Positions 46,671-57,552 are shown, counted from the first letter of the stretch. The stretch: 64,000 nucleotides of DNA from Alphaproteobacteria bacterium (GCA_044375675.1 JBILMD010000001.1:30377-94376), one strand, 5' to 3'. Notes: generated by a model from the letters alone, not told the origin. Made by a program: numbers and translations.

Positions 46671-47410
46671 CAGACCTCATCCCCTTGGGCAGGCAGGGCA
46701 ACATTGGTATAAACCGTTTGCACATCATCGTTATCTTCTAAAACATCAATCAGTTTCGCCAGCATAGCGGCATCGTCTGGGGGTAGCGTCAGCAAGGCCT
46801 CGGGCACCCAAATGCGCTTGGCCTGCAAAGGATCGCCGTAGGGAACACTTAACGCAGAGGCCACGTGATGCAAATCATCGGCGTGGGTGCTGATCAGATA
46901 ATGGCCGTCGTGGGCTTCCAAATTTTCGGCGCCGGCTTCAACGGCCGCCTCAAACATGGGATCAAAGGGGGCGATGGTTTCGGGATACACAATCTCCCCC
47001 ACATAGGAAAACAGAAAACTCACCGATCCGGTTTCCCCCAGACTGCCGTTATATTTGGTAAAGGCCGCCCGAACCTCTGACGCCGTACGATTGCGGTTAT
47101 CTGTTAGGGTTTCCACAATCACCGCCGATCCTTTGGGGCCGTACCCTTCGTAGCGAATGCTGACATAATCATCCCCCACACCCACCTCCGCAGCCCGCTT
47201 AATGGCGCGATCAATATTGTCTTTGGGCATGTTGTGACCCCGCGCCTCGGCCAAGGCGGCCCGCAAGCGGGGATTTTTAGACGGGTCAGGATCCCCTTGC
47301 TTGGCCGCCACGGTGATTTCTTTGATTAACTTGGTAAACACTTTCCCGCGCTTGGCATCTTGGGCCCCTTTGCGGTGCATAATGTTTTTAAACTGGGAAT
47401 GACCGGCCAT
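46670..47410 (-). CDS. YebC/PmpR family DNA-binding regulator
   Basis: MAGHSQFKNIMHRKGAQDAKRGKVFTKLIKEI is the canonical YebC N-terminus. Confidence 0.9.
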   Translation of the reverse strand: MAGHSQFKNIMHRKGAQDAKRGKVFTKLIKEITVAAKQGDPDPSKNPRLRAALAEARGHNMPKDNIDRAIKRAAEVGVGDDYVSIRYEGYGPKGSAVIVETLTDNRNRTASEVRAAFTKYNGSLGETGSVSFLFSYVGEIVYPETIAPFDPMFEAAVEAGAENLEAHDGHYLISTHADDLHHVASALSVPYGDPLQAKRIWVPEALLTLPPDDAAMLAKLIDVLEDNDDVQTVYTNVALPAQGDEV

Positions 47411-47465
47411 TGTGTTGATCTCAGATATCCTATAAAATGCCCTTGTTTTTTGCCATATCCCCTTG

Positions 47466-47768
47466 ATGTTGACAAGTCCTATGCCTTTGCAAACTTTTCT
47501 TGATGATCTCTACCAAATCTTGGCCACCAAGCGGGGAGGGGACCCCGAAACCTCCTACACCGCCCGCCTGCTGGCCAGTGGCACACCCAAAATTGCCCAG
47601 AAAGTGGGGGAAGAGGGATTGGAAGTCGCCCTGGCCGCTGTTCAACAGGACAAAGCCGCCACGATTTATGAACTGGCCGACTTATTTTATCATATCATGG
47701 TGCTATGTCTGAATCAGGGCATTCATCCCGATGACATTGTGGCGGAGCTGCAGCGGCGATCCACCTGA
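47466..47768 (+). CDS. hisE: Phosphoribosyl-ATP pyrophosphatase
   Basis: SYTARLLASGTPKIAQKVGEEGLEVALAA...ELADLFYHIMVL. Confidence 0.9.
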   Translation: MLTSPMPLQTFLDDLYQILATKRGGDPETSYTARLLASGTPKIAQKVGEEGLEVALAAVQQDKAATIYELADLFYHIMVLCLNQGIHPDDIVAELQRRST

Positions 47769-47889
47769 AACCCTGTCACGGGTGTATACGGACCTTGGTT
47801 TTTAAAAGTTTCTTTTTGACCTTAACGCTTTTTCAAACACTCTCGCGCATTATGGGAAAAGTTATAAACTTTCTACCATAGGATGCACC

Positions 47890-50538
47890 ATGAAAATCAC
47901 TTGGAAACTTACATTGCTGATTACGACGATTGTTGTCGTAGCATCGGCCATTCAGCTGGGGGTCTCAACCTACATTGCGTCTCAACATGCTTATGATCAA
48001 TTCCATCAGCGTCTTGATGTTGTGACCCATTTAAAGGAAGACAATCTATCCTCTTATTTAAACACCATTGATGCCAATTTGCGCAGCATTTCCGCCAGTC
48101 CTTTAACACAGCAAGCGATTGAGGATTTTTCCGCAGCCTGGTACCAGATTCCCGGAAATCCCAGCGAAACGCTGCAAGATGCCTACATCACCAACAATCC
48201 CAACCCCACAGGTCAAAAAGAACGTCTGGATTTTGCTGAGGGGGATCTGACCTATCACCAGCTTCACAAAAAATATCACCCCTATTTTCGTACTGTTTTG
48301 CAGCAAAATCAGTATTATGATATGTTTTTGTTCGATAAAAATGGCAATCTTGTTTACACCGTTTTTAAAGAGCTTGATTTTGCCACAAACCTGCTATCAG
48401 GCCCTTGGAAAGACACCGATTTAGGCAAAATGTTCCGTGATACCATTGCGGCCAAGGACGGTGAGATTCATTTTTTCGATTTTGCTCCTTATCAACCCAG
48501 CAACAATGTCCCTGCCAGTTTTATTGGGATTCCTGTGTTGGATAGCAATGGACAAACCGTCGGGGTTCTGGCCATTCAAATGCCGCTGGGCGTGATGACC
48601 GAGAAAATGAAAGATGCAAACGGTCTGGGGGAAACTGGTGAAGCCTTTTTGATCAACGGTCAAAACAAAGTGATCACCGAAACACGGTTTCACGGCCCTG
48701 ATCAATTTCCAAACCTTACGTTTGATGCCGATTTCTTAAAAACAGCCCTTTCCGAAGGCAACGGTTCCCGTCAAATGGAATGGAACGGCAAAGATCGTCT
48801 GGCAATTCATTACAAATTTGATTTTCACGGCAGTCCCTACACTGTAATCAGCATGATCGACCAAGAAGAGGTTTATGCAGGCAACAAAGACCTCATTCGG
48901 GATACTACCCTGACGATTTTGGCCATGTTGAGTGTGCTGGGTGGGTTTGTGTACTGGTATGCGGGTCGTTTTTCACGCCCCATTCAGAATTTGGCCCACA
49001 ACATGACCGCCTTGGCTTCGGGAAAAACTCAAGGTTTAACCATTGTGGATTCGGGACGCCGTGATGAAGTGGGTGAGCTGGAGCGGGCCGGAAGTGCCCT
49101 GAAAGACGCCACCATCAGCGCCTACCAGATGAAAGCAGGACTGCTGAATGCCTCAACCCCCGTGATGATTGTGGATCCTGAGGGACGTATCGCCCAAATG
49201 AACCGACAAGCCTCACAATTGTTTAACCAAAAAGGGGTTTACTTCAAATCGGTTATGCCGGACTTTAACCCTGCCTCTATGATTGGCACCCCCGTGGCAG
49301 CGTTCGAGGACTTTCAAACAGGGGTGAAGGTATCTCTGTCAAAATCCGAAAATGGCGGCAAAACAGAACTGCTGATCAATGGTCATACCTTTACCATCAG
49401 TCTGGCACCCATCGTGAACGGAAGCGAGCGTTTGGGAACCATTTTAGAGTGGAACGATCGTACCGATAACCTGATCGTAGAATCTGAAATTGCCAAAATT
49501 GTGGAGTATGCGGCCAGCGGAGATTTCAGCCAAACCATCAACCTAGAGGGGAAAGACGGCTTCGTTCGCATCCTTAGCGAAGGATTGAACTCGGTCATCT
49601 GCACCGTGGACAAAACATTGGTTGAGGTCAAAGATGTGATGCAATCCGTTGCCGATGGGGATTTAACCCGTGAAATGGATGGCAATTACAGCGGGGCGTT
49701 TGCGGAGTTACAAAGCAACATCAACACCATGGTGACCAAACTGCGCAACATTATGATTCAGCTTGATGAATTGGGTATGGTGGTCAGCAGTGCCTCGGCT
49801 GAGCTGGCAACCGGAAGTGATGATCTGGCGTCTCGTACCGAACAACAGGCGGCGGCGGTTGAGGAAACATCCGCATCTTCCCAAGAGTTGATCGAATCCA
49901 TCCGTCAAAACCTTGGGGTTGCAGCCCAGGCCCGCACCTCGGTCATTGAAACCAGCGAAGCGGCCAAAGAAGGGGAACGCATCGTTTCCGAAGCGGCCGT
50001 TGCCATGAAGCGGATTCATGAATCCTCAACCAAAATTAAGGATATCGTGACCGTGATTGACGAAATTGCGTTTCAAACCAACTTGCTGGCTCTGAATGCC
50101 GCTGTCGAGGCCGCCCGTGTCGGGGAAGCCGGTAAAGGCTTTGCCGTGGTGGCCAGCGAAGTGCGCAGTTTGGCCCAACGCAGTGCCCAATCCTCTTCAG
50201 AAATCAAAACCTTGATTGAGGACAGCACCCACCGCGTTGACGAAGGGGTTGAAATCGTGACGCAATCCGCCAAACGTCTGGAGGAAATCGTCAACAAAGT
50301 CCAGTCTGTCGAAGGGATGATCAGCACCATCAGCGCCACCAGCGAACAGCAGGCTGCCGGTGTGGAAGAAGTCGGCTCTGCCATCAACAGCATCGACCGA
50401 TCCACCCAGCAAAACGCAGCGTTGGTAGAGGAAGTGACATCATCCGTCCGCTCACTTTCGGATCAGGCCGCAACCTTGCAACAGATGTTGTCCCAGTTCA
50501 ATATCTCTGAAACGCCAAAAAAGAAGAAGCGGGCTTAA
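47890..50538 (+). CDS. Methyl-accepting chemotaxis protein (Cache-type periplasmic sensor, HAMP, PAS-like, MA domain)
   Basis: 882 aa. Two TM segments flank an approximately 300-aa periplasmic domain. The highly conserved MA hairpin is present: [44 protein letters not shown]. Confidence 0.9.
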   Translation: MKITWKLTLLITTIVVVASAIQLGVSTYIASQHAYDQFHQRLDVVTHLKEDNLSSYLNTIDANLRSISASPLTQQAIEDFSAAWYQIPGNPSETLQDAYITNNPNPTGQKERLDFAEGDLTYHQLHKKYHPYFRTVLQQNQYYDMFLFDKNGNLVYTVFKELDFATNLLSGPWKDTDLGKMFRDTIAAKDGEIHFFDFAPYQPSNNVPASFIGIPVLDSNGQTVGVLAIQMPLGVMTEKMKDANGLGETGEAFLINGQNKVITETRFHGPDQFPNLTFDADFLKTALSEGNGSRQMEWNGKDRLAIHYKFDFHGSPYTVISMIDQEEVYAGNKDLIRDTTLTILAMLSVLGGFVYWYAGRFSRPIQNLAHNMTALASGKTQGLTIVDSGRRDEVGELERAGSALKDATISAYQMKAGLLNASTPVMIVDPEGRIAQMNRQASQLFNQKGVYFKSVMPDFNPASMIGTPVAAFEDFQTGVKVSLSKSENGGKTELLINGHTFTISLAPIVNGSERLGTILEWNDRTDNLIVESEIAKIVEYAASGDFSQTINLEGKDGFVRILSEGLNSVICTVDKTLVEVKDVMQSVADGDLTREMDGNYSGAFAELQSNINTMVTKLRNIMIQLDELGMVVSSASAELATGSDDLASRTEQQAAAVEETSASSQELIESIRQNLGVAAQARTSVIETSEAAKEGERIVSEAAVAMKRIHESSTKIKDIVTVIDEIAFQTNLLALNAAVEAARVGEAGKGFAVVASEVRSLAQRSAQSSSEIKTLIEDSTHRVDEGVEIVTQSAKRLEEIVNKVQSVEGMISTISATSEQQAAGVEEVGSAINSIDRSTQQNAALVEEVTSSVRSLSDQAATLQQMLSQFNISETPKKKKRA

Positions 50539-50582
50539 ACCCTCCCTTTCTAAAGGTGCATTCTAAAGTGTGTGAACGACGA

Positions 50583-50610
50583 AAGGCCCCCTTCGGGGGG
50601 CCTTTTTGTT
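50583..50610. terminator. Rho-independent (potentially bidirectional) terminator
   Basis: aaAGGCCCCCttcgGGGGGCCTttttt lies between the convergent mcp and secD genes. 8-bp GC stem, 4-nt loop, with a T tract on the plus strand and an A tract before it. Confidence 0.8.
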
Positions 50611-50625
50611 TGTATACCGAAATCA

Positions 50626-52239
50626 TTATGCGGGTTTTTGTCCGGTTTTTCCATGAACAGGGGCCAAAATGGGCAGTCTGACCTGTTTTCCCTGACGGCG
50701 ATACCAGCGCACAATCATCAAACGGGTCAAAACCACACCCGTAAATAGTGACGTCACCAACCCAAAAATCAGCGTCGTTGCAAAGCCCTTAATGGGCCCC
50801 GTTCCAAACATCAGCAAAACGGCCGATGAAATAAACGTCGTCATGTTGGCATCAATAATGGTGGTCATGGCATGATGATACCCCTGAGACAATGATTGGC
50901 CCAGCGACAGACCGCCCAGACACTCTTCCCGAATCCTCTCAAAAATCAAAATGTTGGTATCCACCGCCATCCCCAGGGTCAAAATAATCCCCGCAATCCC
51001 AGGCAACGTCAGGGTGGCCTGCGCCATCACCAGAGCCGCCATCAGCAGAACCATATTGATCACCAAAGCCAGCGCCACGTAAATCCCAAACAAACCGTAA
51101 AGGACGATCATGATCAGCATCACCACAATCAGGCCAATCACACTGGCCTGCTGACCCAGCCGAATGGCATCGGCGCCTAGGCTGGCCCCAACGGTGCGCT
51201 CTTCAATCACCTTTAACGTGACGGGCAAGGATCCGGAGCGCAGCAACAGGGCCAGATCCCCCGCGCTTTCCGCCGTAAACCCACCGGAAATCACCGCATT
51301 CCCCCCAGGAATAGCATCCCGAATGACTGGGGCACTGATGATCTCTTGATCCAAAACAATGGCAAAGCGACGGTTGACATTTTCTGCCGTGGCCTGCCCA
51401 AAGCGCTTGGCCCCCACGGTATTAAACCGAATGGCCACCACAGGCAAACCGTCCTGAAAACTGGTGGAGGCCGAGGATAACATTTCCCCCGTCACCATGG
51501 CGCGGCGCTCTAACACCAGAACCATGGGCATGGCATCGCCTTCCGGTTTCATGGACAGGGCCATTTTTGATGCGGGCAGGCGAATGGATTGGTTATAGGT
51601 TTGACTCAGCGTCTCATCCACCAAATGAAATGACAGCTTGGCCGTGCGGCCCAAAATGTCCTTGATCCGGCTGGGATCATCCACCCCGGGAAACTGCACG
51701 TTGATTAAATCTTTGCCCTGCTGCTGGACCGAGGGCTCTTTCAAACCCGTTTCATTCAGCCGCACCCGCAGGGTATCCAGGGCCTTTTGCATCATGTCTT
51801 TTTCGAATGTTTTTTCGCCCGTTTCGCTCAGCGATACGCGCACCACGCCCTGATCCGCTTTTACCGCGTAATCATTGCCCGCAACACCGCGGATGGTTTC
51901 CGTGATTTTTTCCATGGGGGCTTTGTCCTCAAAGGTAAACGTCAGGCCCTTATCCCCCCCCACAACAGATAGGGGAAAGGTTCCGGCTTCCCGCAAAGCC
52001 GCCGCCGCGCCTGATCGAATATCCTGCCAAAGAGACTGTTTGGCCTCTTCCATATTGGCCTGCAACAGCACATACACCCCGCCCTGCAAATCCAGCCCCA
52101 AGTTGACGGTCTGAGAGGGAAACCACGAGGGCAACGACTGCCGCTGTGAAGCGCTCAACGCACTGGGCAATGCCACGCAAAGGCCAAGGAGCACCATCAA
52201 AAAACAAAAAAGATACGTGGACTTTTTAGGATACAACAT
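50626..52239 (-). CDS. secD: Protein translocase subunit SecD
   Basis: 537 aa. N-terminal TM segment, large periplasmic domain, and a C-terminal six-TM bundle (GIAGIILTLGMAVDTNILIFERIRE). Confidence 0.9.
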   Translation of the reverse strand: MLYPKKSTYLFCFLMVLLGLCVALPSALSASQRQSLPSWFPSQTVNLGLDLQGGVYVLLQANMEEAKQSLWQDIRSGAAAALREAGTFPLSVVGGDKGLTFTFEDKAPMEKITETIRGVAGNDYAVKADQGVVRVSLSETGEKTFEKDMMQKALDTLRVRLNETGLKEPSVQQQGKDLINVQFPGVDDPSRIKDILGRTAKLSFHLVDETLSQTYNQSIRLPASKMALSMKPEGDAMPMVLVLERRAMVTGEMLSSASTSFQDGLPVVAIRFNTVGAKRFGQATAENVNRRFAIVLDQEIISAPVIRDAIPGGNAVISGGFTAESAGDLALLLRSGSLPVTLKVIEERTVGASLGADAIRLGQQASVIGLIVVMLIMIVLYGLFGIYVALALVINMVLLMAALVMAQATLTLPGIAGIILTLGMAVDTNILIFERIREECLGGLSLGQSLSQGYHHAMTTIIDANMTTFISSAVLLMFGTGPIKGFATTLIFGLVTSLFTGVVLTRLMIVRWYRRQGKQVRLPILAPVHGKTGQKPA

Positions 52240-52724
52240 CAGTCAACGACTTTCCGTGTGGCTTTCTCTTGATCAGCGGAGAGCTCTTCCCCTTGGTCCT
52301 CAAGGGTGTCCTGCAACGCCTTTTTTTCTTTTTTGGTTTTGGTGAGCTTTTTGCCAAAACCTGACGGGGGGCTGTTTTCGTTCACAGGTTCAGGCTTGCT
52401 CAACAACGCCGCCACACTTTGACGGGCCAAACGCACGGTGATGCCATCGGCGATTTTCACCGTGACTTCACCTTCATCAACAACACGATCAATCTTGCCG
52501 ATAATCCCGCCGGAGGTGACGATTTCATCGCCACGCTTCAGGTTTTGAATCATCACTCTTTGATCCTTCATCCGTCTGCTTTGGGGACGAATGACCAACA
52601 GCCAAAAGACCCCGAAAATAATTAACAAAGGAATAAAACTCGCCAAACCCTCTTGATGCGTGCCCGCAGGAGCGGGGGAAGAGGATGGAAATACAGTGGA
52701 TGTCTGGGCAAAAGCGGATGTCAT
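52239..52724 (-). CDS. yajC: Preprotein translocase subunit YajC (extended)
   Basis: LLIIFGVFWLLVIRPQSRRMKDQRVMIQNLKRGDEIVTSGGIIGKI. Has additional N-terminal residues and a Lys/Glu-rich C-terminal tail. Confidence 0.85.
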   Translation of the reverse strand: MTSAFAQTSTVFPSSSPAPAGTHQEGLASFIPLLIIFGVFWLLVIRPQSRRMKDQRVMIQNLKRGDEIVTSGGIIGKIDRVVDEGEVTVKIADGITVRLARQSVAALLSKPEPVNENSPPSGFGKKLTKTKKEKKALQDTLEDQGEELSADQEKATRKVVD

Positions 52725-52735
52725 GGAAAAGGTCC

Positions 52736-53389
52736 CTAACCAATGGTTTCTAAATAATCGCTGACGTTATACACCAAATCGTCCAGACGGTTGGTGAAAT
52801 AATGATCCACACCAGACAGCAGGCGATAGTCAACCTTAATCCCCTTTTGACGGGACAATTTTGTGGCCAGCTGGCGCACACTGGATTCCGTAACAATATC
52901 GTCCTGATCCCCCAGCAACATCATGCCAGAGGACGGGCAGGGGGCCAAAAACGTAAAATCATACTTGTTGGCCGGCGGGGCCACGGCAATAAACCGATAA
53001 ATTTCAGGACGGCGCATCAGCAGCTGCATGGCAATCCAAGATCCAAAGGAAAACCCCGCCACCACGGCATATTTGGCCTCAGCATTTTGGGACTGCAGCC
53101 AATCCATGGCGGCCGCCGCATCGGCCAATTCCCCTTCACCTTTATCATAGGTTCCCTGGGATTTTCCAACGCCGCGAAAATTAAAGCGCAAGGTGGCATA
53201 GCCCGCTTTGGCCAAGGTATGAAACAAAGCGTACGTCACCTTGTTGTTCATGGTGCCCCGATGCATCATTTCCCCCTCAGGATTCGGATGAGGGTGCAAA
53301 ATCAGAGCCATGGGAGCCCCAGAAACCTTGGGGGGATGATAACGGGACTCTAAGCGGCCCGCAGGACCACTGATCATAATTTCAGGCAT
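52736..53389 (-). CDS. Alpha/beta-fold hydrolase
   Basis: Start trimmed to MPEIMISGPAGRLE. Nucleophile elbow GFSFGS. Length and topology fit a small serine hydrolase. Confidence 0.7.
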   Translation of the reverse strand: MPEIMISGPAGRLESRYHPPKVSGAPMALILHPHPNPEGEMMHRGTMNNKVTYALFHTLAKAGYATLRFNFRGVGKSQGTYDKGEGELADAAAAMDWLQSQNAEAKYAVVAGFSFGSWIAMQLLMRRPEIYRFIAVAPPANKYDFTFLAPCPSSGMMLLGDQDDIVTESSVRQLATKLSRQKGIKVDYRLLSGVDHYFTNRLDDLVYNVSDYLETIG

Positions 53390-53394
53390 AATTG

Positions 53395-53449
53395 TTGACT
53401 GTTTTACTAAGGTACTGTAGAGTAACAAACGATTCAGCAACTCTGTACC
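53395..53449 (+). promoter_or_regulatory. Candidate iscR promoter (TTGACT-N17-TAGAGT) with overlapping inverted repeat (possible IscR operator)
   Basis: -35 at 53395-53400 and -10 at 53418-53423. The inverted repeat GGTACTGTAGAGT (53411-53423) / ACTCTGTACC (53440-53449) has a 3-nt bulge. IscR autoregulation is known in other bacteria. Confidence 0.4.
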
Positions 53450-53470
53450 ATATCCTCAGGATTTAAGGCA

Positions 53471-53911
53471 ATGAAATTAAATACCCAAGGTCGTTATGCG
53501 GTGATGTCCTGCGTCGATTTGGTACAATCGGGTCCTCAGCCCGTGACGCTGAAGGATATTTCGGAACGTCAGGCCATTTCTCTGCCCTATTTGGAACAAC
53601 TTTTTGCCAAACTCAGACGCGCCGGCATTGTGCAAAGCACGCGGGGGCCAGGCGGGGGCTATCAATTGCGCCAACCTCCTGAAAACACGATTATTGCTGA
53701 TATTATCACCGCCGTTGACGAGCCCATCACCATCACCCGTTGCCATTCTGGACGGGGATGCATGAAAGAAAACGCCAAATGTCTGACCCACGATTTGTGG
53801 GCAGCGCTTGGGTCCAACATCTATACTTTTCTGGCCACCGTGACGCTGTCGGATGTGTGTGACAAACGCCTGACCCCATCCACACCTGAAAAGCAGGTGA
53901 GGGTGTCATGA
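53471..53911 (+). CDS. iscR: Rrf2-family regulator IscR
   Basis: MKLNTQGRYAVMSCVDL...ISLPYLEQLFAKLRRAGIVQSTRGPGGGYQL. Cys cluster (C-x5-C-x5-C) at CHSGRGCMKENAKC. Confidence 0.85.
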   Translation: MKLNTQGRYAVMSCVDLVQSGPQPVTLKDISERQAISLPYLEQLFAKLRRAGIVQSTRGPGGGYQLRQPPENTIIADIITAVDEPITITRCHSGRGCMKENAKCLTHDLWAALGSNIYTFLATVTLSDVCDKRLTPSTPEKQVRVS

Positions 53912-55002
53912 CACGGATTTATCTGGATTATAACGCCACCAGCCCCCTGCGTCCCGCCGTTAAAGAGGCGATGATGCAGGCGATGGACCTTTTCGGTAAT
54001 CCCTCGTCCGTCCACCGTGATGGCGTGGCCGCCAAGCGTATTGTCACGGCGGCCCGTGAAACCCTCGCCAAAAGGCTGAACATCAAAACCGGACAAATCG
54101 TTTTCACCAGCGGGGGCAGTGAAGCCAACGCCACCATCCTCAATACCTTCGCGGGGCAAACGATTTTATGCAGCGCGGTGGAACATGCCTCGGTGATGAA
54201 CAATCCCCATATCGCCGGCACCATCCCTGTGAACACCGAAGGCCTTGTGGATATGGCCGCCCTGAAAGGGTTAATTGATACGCACAAGCCCGCCCTGATT
54301 TCCATCATGGTGGCCAACAATGAAACAGGCGTGATTCAGCCCATGGACGAGATTGCCAATCTGGCCTACAACGCCGGCGTTTCTCTGCACTGCGATATGG
54401 TTCAGGCCTTTGGAAAAATGTCTCTGGATGACATTTTGCCCTATTGTGACTTCGCCACCGTTGCCTTTCACAAAGTCGGGGGGCCCAAGGGGATAGGCGC
54501 CATTGTTTCGCGATGCGCAGAATGCCTTGATCCCCTGATGTTTGGGGGCAGCCAAGAACACCGCCGCCGCGCCGGCACCGAAAACACTGTTGCCCTTGCG
54601 GGCCTCACCGCCCTTTGTGACGTTCTATCCGATCAAAGCCATCTGAGACCCCTTCACGATGCCATGGAAACCACACTGAAAGAGTGCGGCGGCATCATCG
54701 TGGGGGAAACCACACCGCGCCTTCCGAGCACCACGTGCGTCATCATGCCTGACGTGCCGGCGGAAACGCAGATCATTCATTTTGATCTGGCGGGGATGTC
54801 TGTTTCTTCGGGGGCGGCGTGTTCATCGGGGAAAATCACGCCCTCTCCGGTTCTAAGCGCCATGGGCTTTTCCCAAAACCATGCTGCCTGCGCCGTGCGC
54901 ATCAGCAGCGGCCATGCCACCACAGCCCAAGATTTTAAAATGTTTTCACAATCTTGGTTATCTTTAATTCAAAAAACCAATCATCTTCAAAAGGTTGCTT
55001 AA
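53908..55002 (+). CDS. Cysteine desulfurase, NifS/class V aminotransferase paralogue
   Basis: 364 aa. [13 protein letters not shown], the PLP-Lys region FHKVGGPKG, and the catalytic loop SSGAACSSG. Confidence 0.8.
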   Translation: MTRIYLDYNATSPLRPAVKEAMMQAMDLFGNPSSVHRDGVAAKRIVTAARETLAKRLNIKTGQIVFTSGGSEANATILNTFAGQTILCSAVEHASVMNNPHIAGTIPVNTEGLVDMAALKGLIDTHKPALISIMVANNETGVIQPMDEIANLAYNAGVSLHCDMVQAFGKMSLDDILPYCDFATVAFHKVGGPKGIGAIVSRCAECLDPLMFGGSQEHRRRAGTENTVALAGLTALCDVLSDQSHLRPLHDAMETTLKECGGIIVGETTPRLPSTTCVIMPDVPAETQIIHFDLAGMSVSSGAACSSGKITPSPVLSAMGFSQNHAACAVRISSGHATTAQDFKMFSQSWLSLIQKTNHLQKVA

Positions 55003-55010
55003 ACATTCTT

Positions 55011-56264
55011 ATGAATAACATTTACACGCTCCCCACCGCCGCCCCCCGCCAAAGACCCATTTATATGGACTATCAGGCCACGACCCCCTGCGACCCCAGA
55101 GTGGTTGAGGCCATGATTCCTTGGTTTACCGAAAAATTTGGCAATCCCCATTCCCGCAATCATGAATATGGGTGGGAGGCCGAAGAGGCCACCCTGATCG
55201 CCCGAGAGCAGATCGCTGCCCTCATCGGCGCCGATGCCAAAGATATCATTTTCACCTCTGGCGCCACCGAATCCAACAACTTGGCGCTTAAGGGCGTGGC
55301 CACTTTTTACAAGGGCAAAAAAAATCATATTGTGACCTGCGTCACCGAACACAAATGTGTTCTGGATGCCTGCCGCCATTTGGAGGAAGAGGGATTTAAA
55401 GTCACCTATCTGCCCGTGATGCCAAACGGCCTGATCGACCTTGACCTGCTGGCGCAATCCTTAACGGACCAAACGGCCATTGTGTCCATTATGGCGGTGA
55501 ACAATGAAATTGGGGTGATCCAACCCTTGGCCGAGATAGGAAAGCTGTGCCGAGAGCGCGGGGTTTTCTTTCATACCGATGCGGCTCAAGCGGCGGGAAA
55601 AATTCCCCTGGATGTTGAGGCCTTGAACATTGATCTGCTCAGTGTATCGGGCCACAAGCTCTATGGACCCAAAGGCATCGGCGCCCTGTACGTACGTCGC
55701 CGCAATCCACGGGTTCGTCTTTCCGCCATTATTCACGGCGGCGGGCAAGAGCGGGGCATGCGCTCAGGAACCCTGCCCACACCCCTTTGTGTTGGTTTGG
55801 GGGAGGCATGCCGTCTGGCCAAAACCGAAATGACCGAGGAAAATACCCGCCTCACGTCTTACCGTGATCTTTTTCTGATCCTTTTAAGCGATGCATTAAC
55901 AGACCTTCACATCAATGGTGATAAACAAAGCCGTATCCCAAGCAACCTCAACATCAGCTTTGCCTTTGTTGAGGGGGAATCCCTCATGATGTCCATTAAG
56001 GACCTTGCGGTGTCTTCGGGGTCCGCCTGCACCTCCGCCTCTTTAGAGCCCTCTTATGTGCTTCGGGCCTTGGGTGTGGAGGAAGAGCTGGCCCATACCA
56101 GTTTGCGCATCGGCTTTGGCCGCTTTACCACAGAAGACGAAGTGCGTCAGGCCGCGGCCTCGCTCATCGCCGCCGTCACCAAATTACGCGCCATGTCCCC
56201 CCTGTGGGAAATGGTCAAAGAAGAAGGCATTGATCTGCGCACCATTCAATGGACAGGACATTGA
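55011..56264 (+). CDS. iscS: Cysteine desulfurase IscS
   Basis: Start trimmed to [58 protein letters not shown], and a C-terminal IscU-interaction tail. Confidence 0.9.
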   Translation: MNNIYTLPTAAPRQRPIYMDYQATTPCDPRVVEAMIPWFTEKFGNPHSRNHEYGWEAEEATLIAREQIAALIGADAKDIIFTSGATESNNLALKGVATFYKGKKNHIVTCVTEHKCVLDACRHLEEEGFKVTYLPVMPNGLIDLDLLAQSLTDQTAIVSIMAVNNEIGVIQPLAEIGKLCRERGVFFHTDAAQAAGKIPLDVEALNIDLLSVSGHKLYGPKGIGALYVRRRNPRVRLSAIIHGGGQERGMRSGTLPTPLCVGLGEACRLAKTEMTEENTRLTSYRDLFLILLSDALTDLHINGDKQSRIPSNLNISFAFVEGESLMMSIKDLAVSSGSACTSASLEPSYVLRALGVEEELAHTSLRIGFGRFTTEDEVRQAAASLIAAVTKLRAMSPLWEMVKEEGIDLRTIQWTGH

Positions 56265-56265
56265 T

Positions 56266-56296
56266 GGTGAGTGGGGAGTAGGGAGTGGGGAGTAGA
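56266..56296 (+). repeat. GT-rich direct repeat (GAGTGGGGAGTAG[G/A] x2), left flank of the four-helix-bundle cassette
   Basis: Read directly from the sequence. 56266-56281 (GGTGAGTGGGGAGTAG) matches the reverse complement of 56678-56693 at 13 of 16 positions. Confidence 0.7.
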
Positions 56297-56299
56297 GAA

Positions 56300-56662
56300 A
56301 TGATTCATAACTTTAAAGAATTACGGGTTTGGCAGGACGCTATGGCTTTAGCCAAAATGATTTATCAAATTACGGTGTCTTTTCCCCAAGAAGAAAAGTA
56401 TGGGTTAACTTCTCAGATGCGCCGTGCAGCTGTGTCTATCCCCTCTAACATCGCGGAAGGCCATACACGGCACAGTACAGACGATTTTATAAACTTTATC
56501 AGTATTTCCATAGGATCCCTTAATGAACTTGAAACGCAACTCCTTTTGTCAGAAACCCTGAATTTTACCAACGAACAACAAGCAAACCCCCTAAAATCTC
56601 TCATCGATTCTCTTCATAAAAGCCTTCGCGCGTTACGCACGTCACTCAAAAACAAACCCTAA
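56300..56662 (+). CDS. Four-helix-bundle protein (23S rRNA intervening-sequence protein / Avd family)
   Basis: LRVWQDAMALAKMIYQITVSFPQEEKYGLTSQMRRAAVSIPSNIAEGHTR...GSLNELETQLLLS is the canonical signature of this family. Confidence 0.85.
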   Translation: MIHNFKELRVWQDAMALAKMIYQITVSFPQEEKYGLTSQMRRAAVSIPSNIAEGHTRHSTDDFINFISISIGSLNELETQLLLSETLNFTNEQQANPLKSLIDSLHKSLRALRTSLKNKP

Positions 56663-56670
56663 CGACTAAA

Positions 56671-56713
56671 CCACTCACGACTCACTACTCACCATTCACC
56701 ATTTACCACTCAC
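56671..56713 (+). repeat. Heptad-like C/A-rich repeats (CCACTCAC GACTCAC TACTCAC CATTCAC ...), right flank of the cassette
   Basis: Read directly from the sequence. Inverted with respect to the left-flank repeats. Confidence 0.7.
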
Positions 56714-56733
56714 AAAAAAACGGAGTTTTTATC

Positions 56734-57144
56734 ATGGCTTACAGCAACCAACTTCTGGATCACTACAACAACCCCCGCAACGTAGGGTCTTTGGATAAAA
56801 TGGATGACCACGTTGGTACGGGCCTCGTCGGGGCGCCCGCCTGCGGTGACGTTATGAAACTGCAAATCCGCGTCAACGATGATGGGGTGATTGAGGATGC
56901 CAAATTCAAAACCTTCGGGTGCGGGTCTGCCATTGCCTCCAGCAGCTTGGCCACCCAGTGGTTAAAGGGGAAAAACCTAAGCGAAGCTGAAAATCTGAAA
57001 AACACGGACATTGCCAACCATCTGGCCCTGCCCCCTGTGAAAATTCATTGCTCCATTCTGGCGGAGGATGCCATCAAGGCCGCCATTGCCGATTACAAAC
57101 AAAAACAATCCCAAAAAACAGCCTCAGAGGCACCGGCGGCCTGA
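56734..57144 (+). CDS. iscU: Fe-S cluster assembly scaffold IscU
   Basis: HYNNPRNVGSL...GAPACGDVMKLQI...FKTFGCGSAIASSS...LPPVKIHCSILAEDA. Confidence 0.95.
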   Translation: MAYSNQLLDHYNNPRNVGSLDKMDDHVGTGLVGAPACGDVMKLQIRVNDDGVIEDAKFKTFGCGSAIASSSLATQWLKGKNLSEAENLKNTDIANHLALPPVKIHCSILAEDAIKAAIADYKQKQSQKTASEAPAA

Positions 57145-57145
57145 T

Positions 57146-57481
57146 ATGCGATCCCCCATCACCATCACAGACAGTGCCAAACGTCGGGTTTTGCATCTGA
57201 TGCATGCGAAGGAGGGCGATGCCCCTCTGGGCCTGCGTATTGGTTTGGAAACCAAGGGCTGCTCGGGCCTGCGCTATAAACTCTCTTATGCCTATGACAC
57301 CCAGCCTTTTGACGAAAAAGTGGTCATGGATGATTTGCTGTTGCTGATTGACCCCAAGGCCCTGATGTACGTGCTGGGTACAGAGATGGATTTTGAGGAA
57401 ACCGACACCGCCTCGGGCTTTATTTTCCGCAATCCCAACGAAAAGGGGAAATGTGGCTGCGGGGAATCCTTCCACGTGTGA
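57146..57481 (+). CDS. iscA: Iron-sulfur cluster insertion protein (IscA/ErpA, HesB family)
   Basis: Start trimmed to MRSPITITDSA. GLRIGLETKGCSGLRYKL and the C-terminal GKCGCGESFHV. Confidence 0.9.
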   Translation: MRSPITITDSAKRRVLHLMHAKEGDAPLGLRIGLETKGCSGLRYKLSYAYDTQPFDEKVVMDDLLLLIDPKALMYVLGTEMDFEETDTASGFIFRNPNEKGKCGCGESFHV

Positions 57482-57552
57482 AGTTGCCCGTTGCAGGGGC
57501 CTCAGCTTTTCCGTATACTCTGGGGTACAGACTTAACCCTCAGCAGGCCGTT

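Noticed and set aside
56266-56713. The GT-rich and CA-rich short repeats flanking the four-helix-bundle gene as a CRISPR array or microsatellite.
   Set aside because: The units are only 7-14 nt, lack spacers of regular length, and form just two clusters in inverted orientation. This is inconsistent with a CRISPR array.
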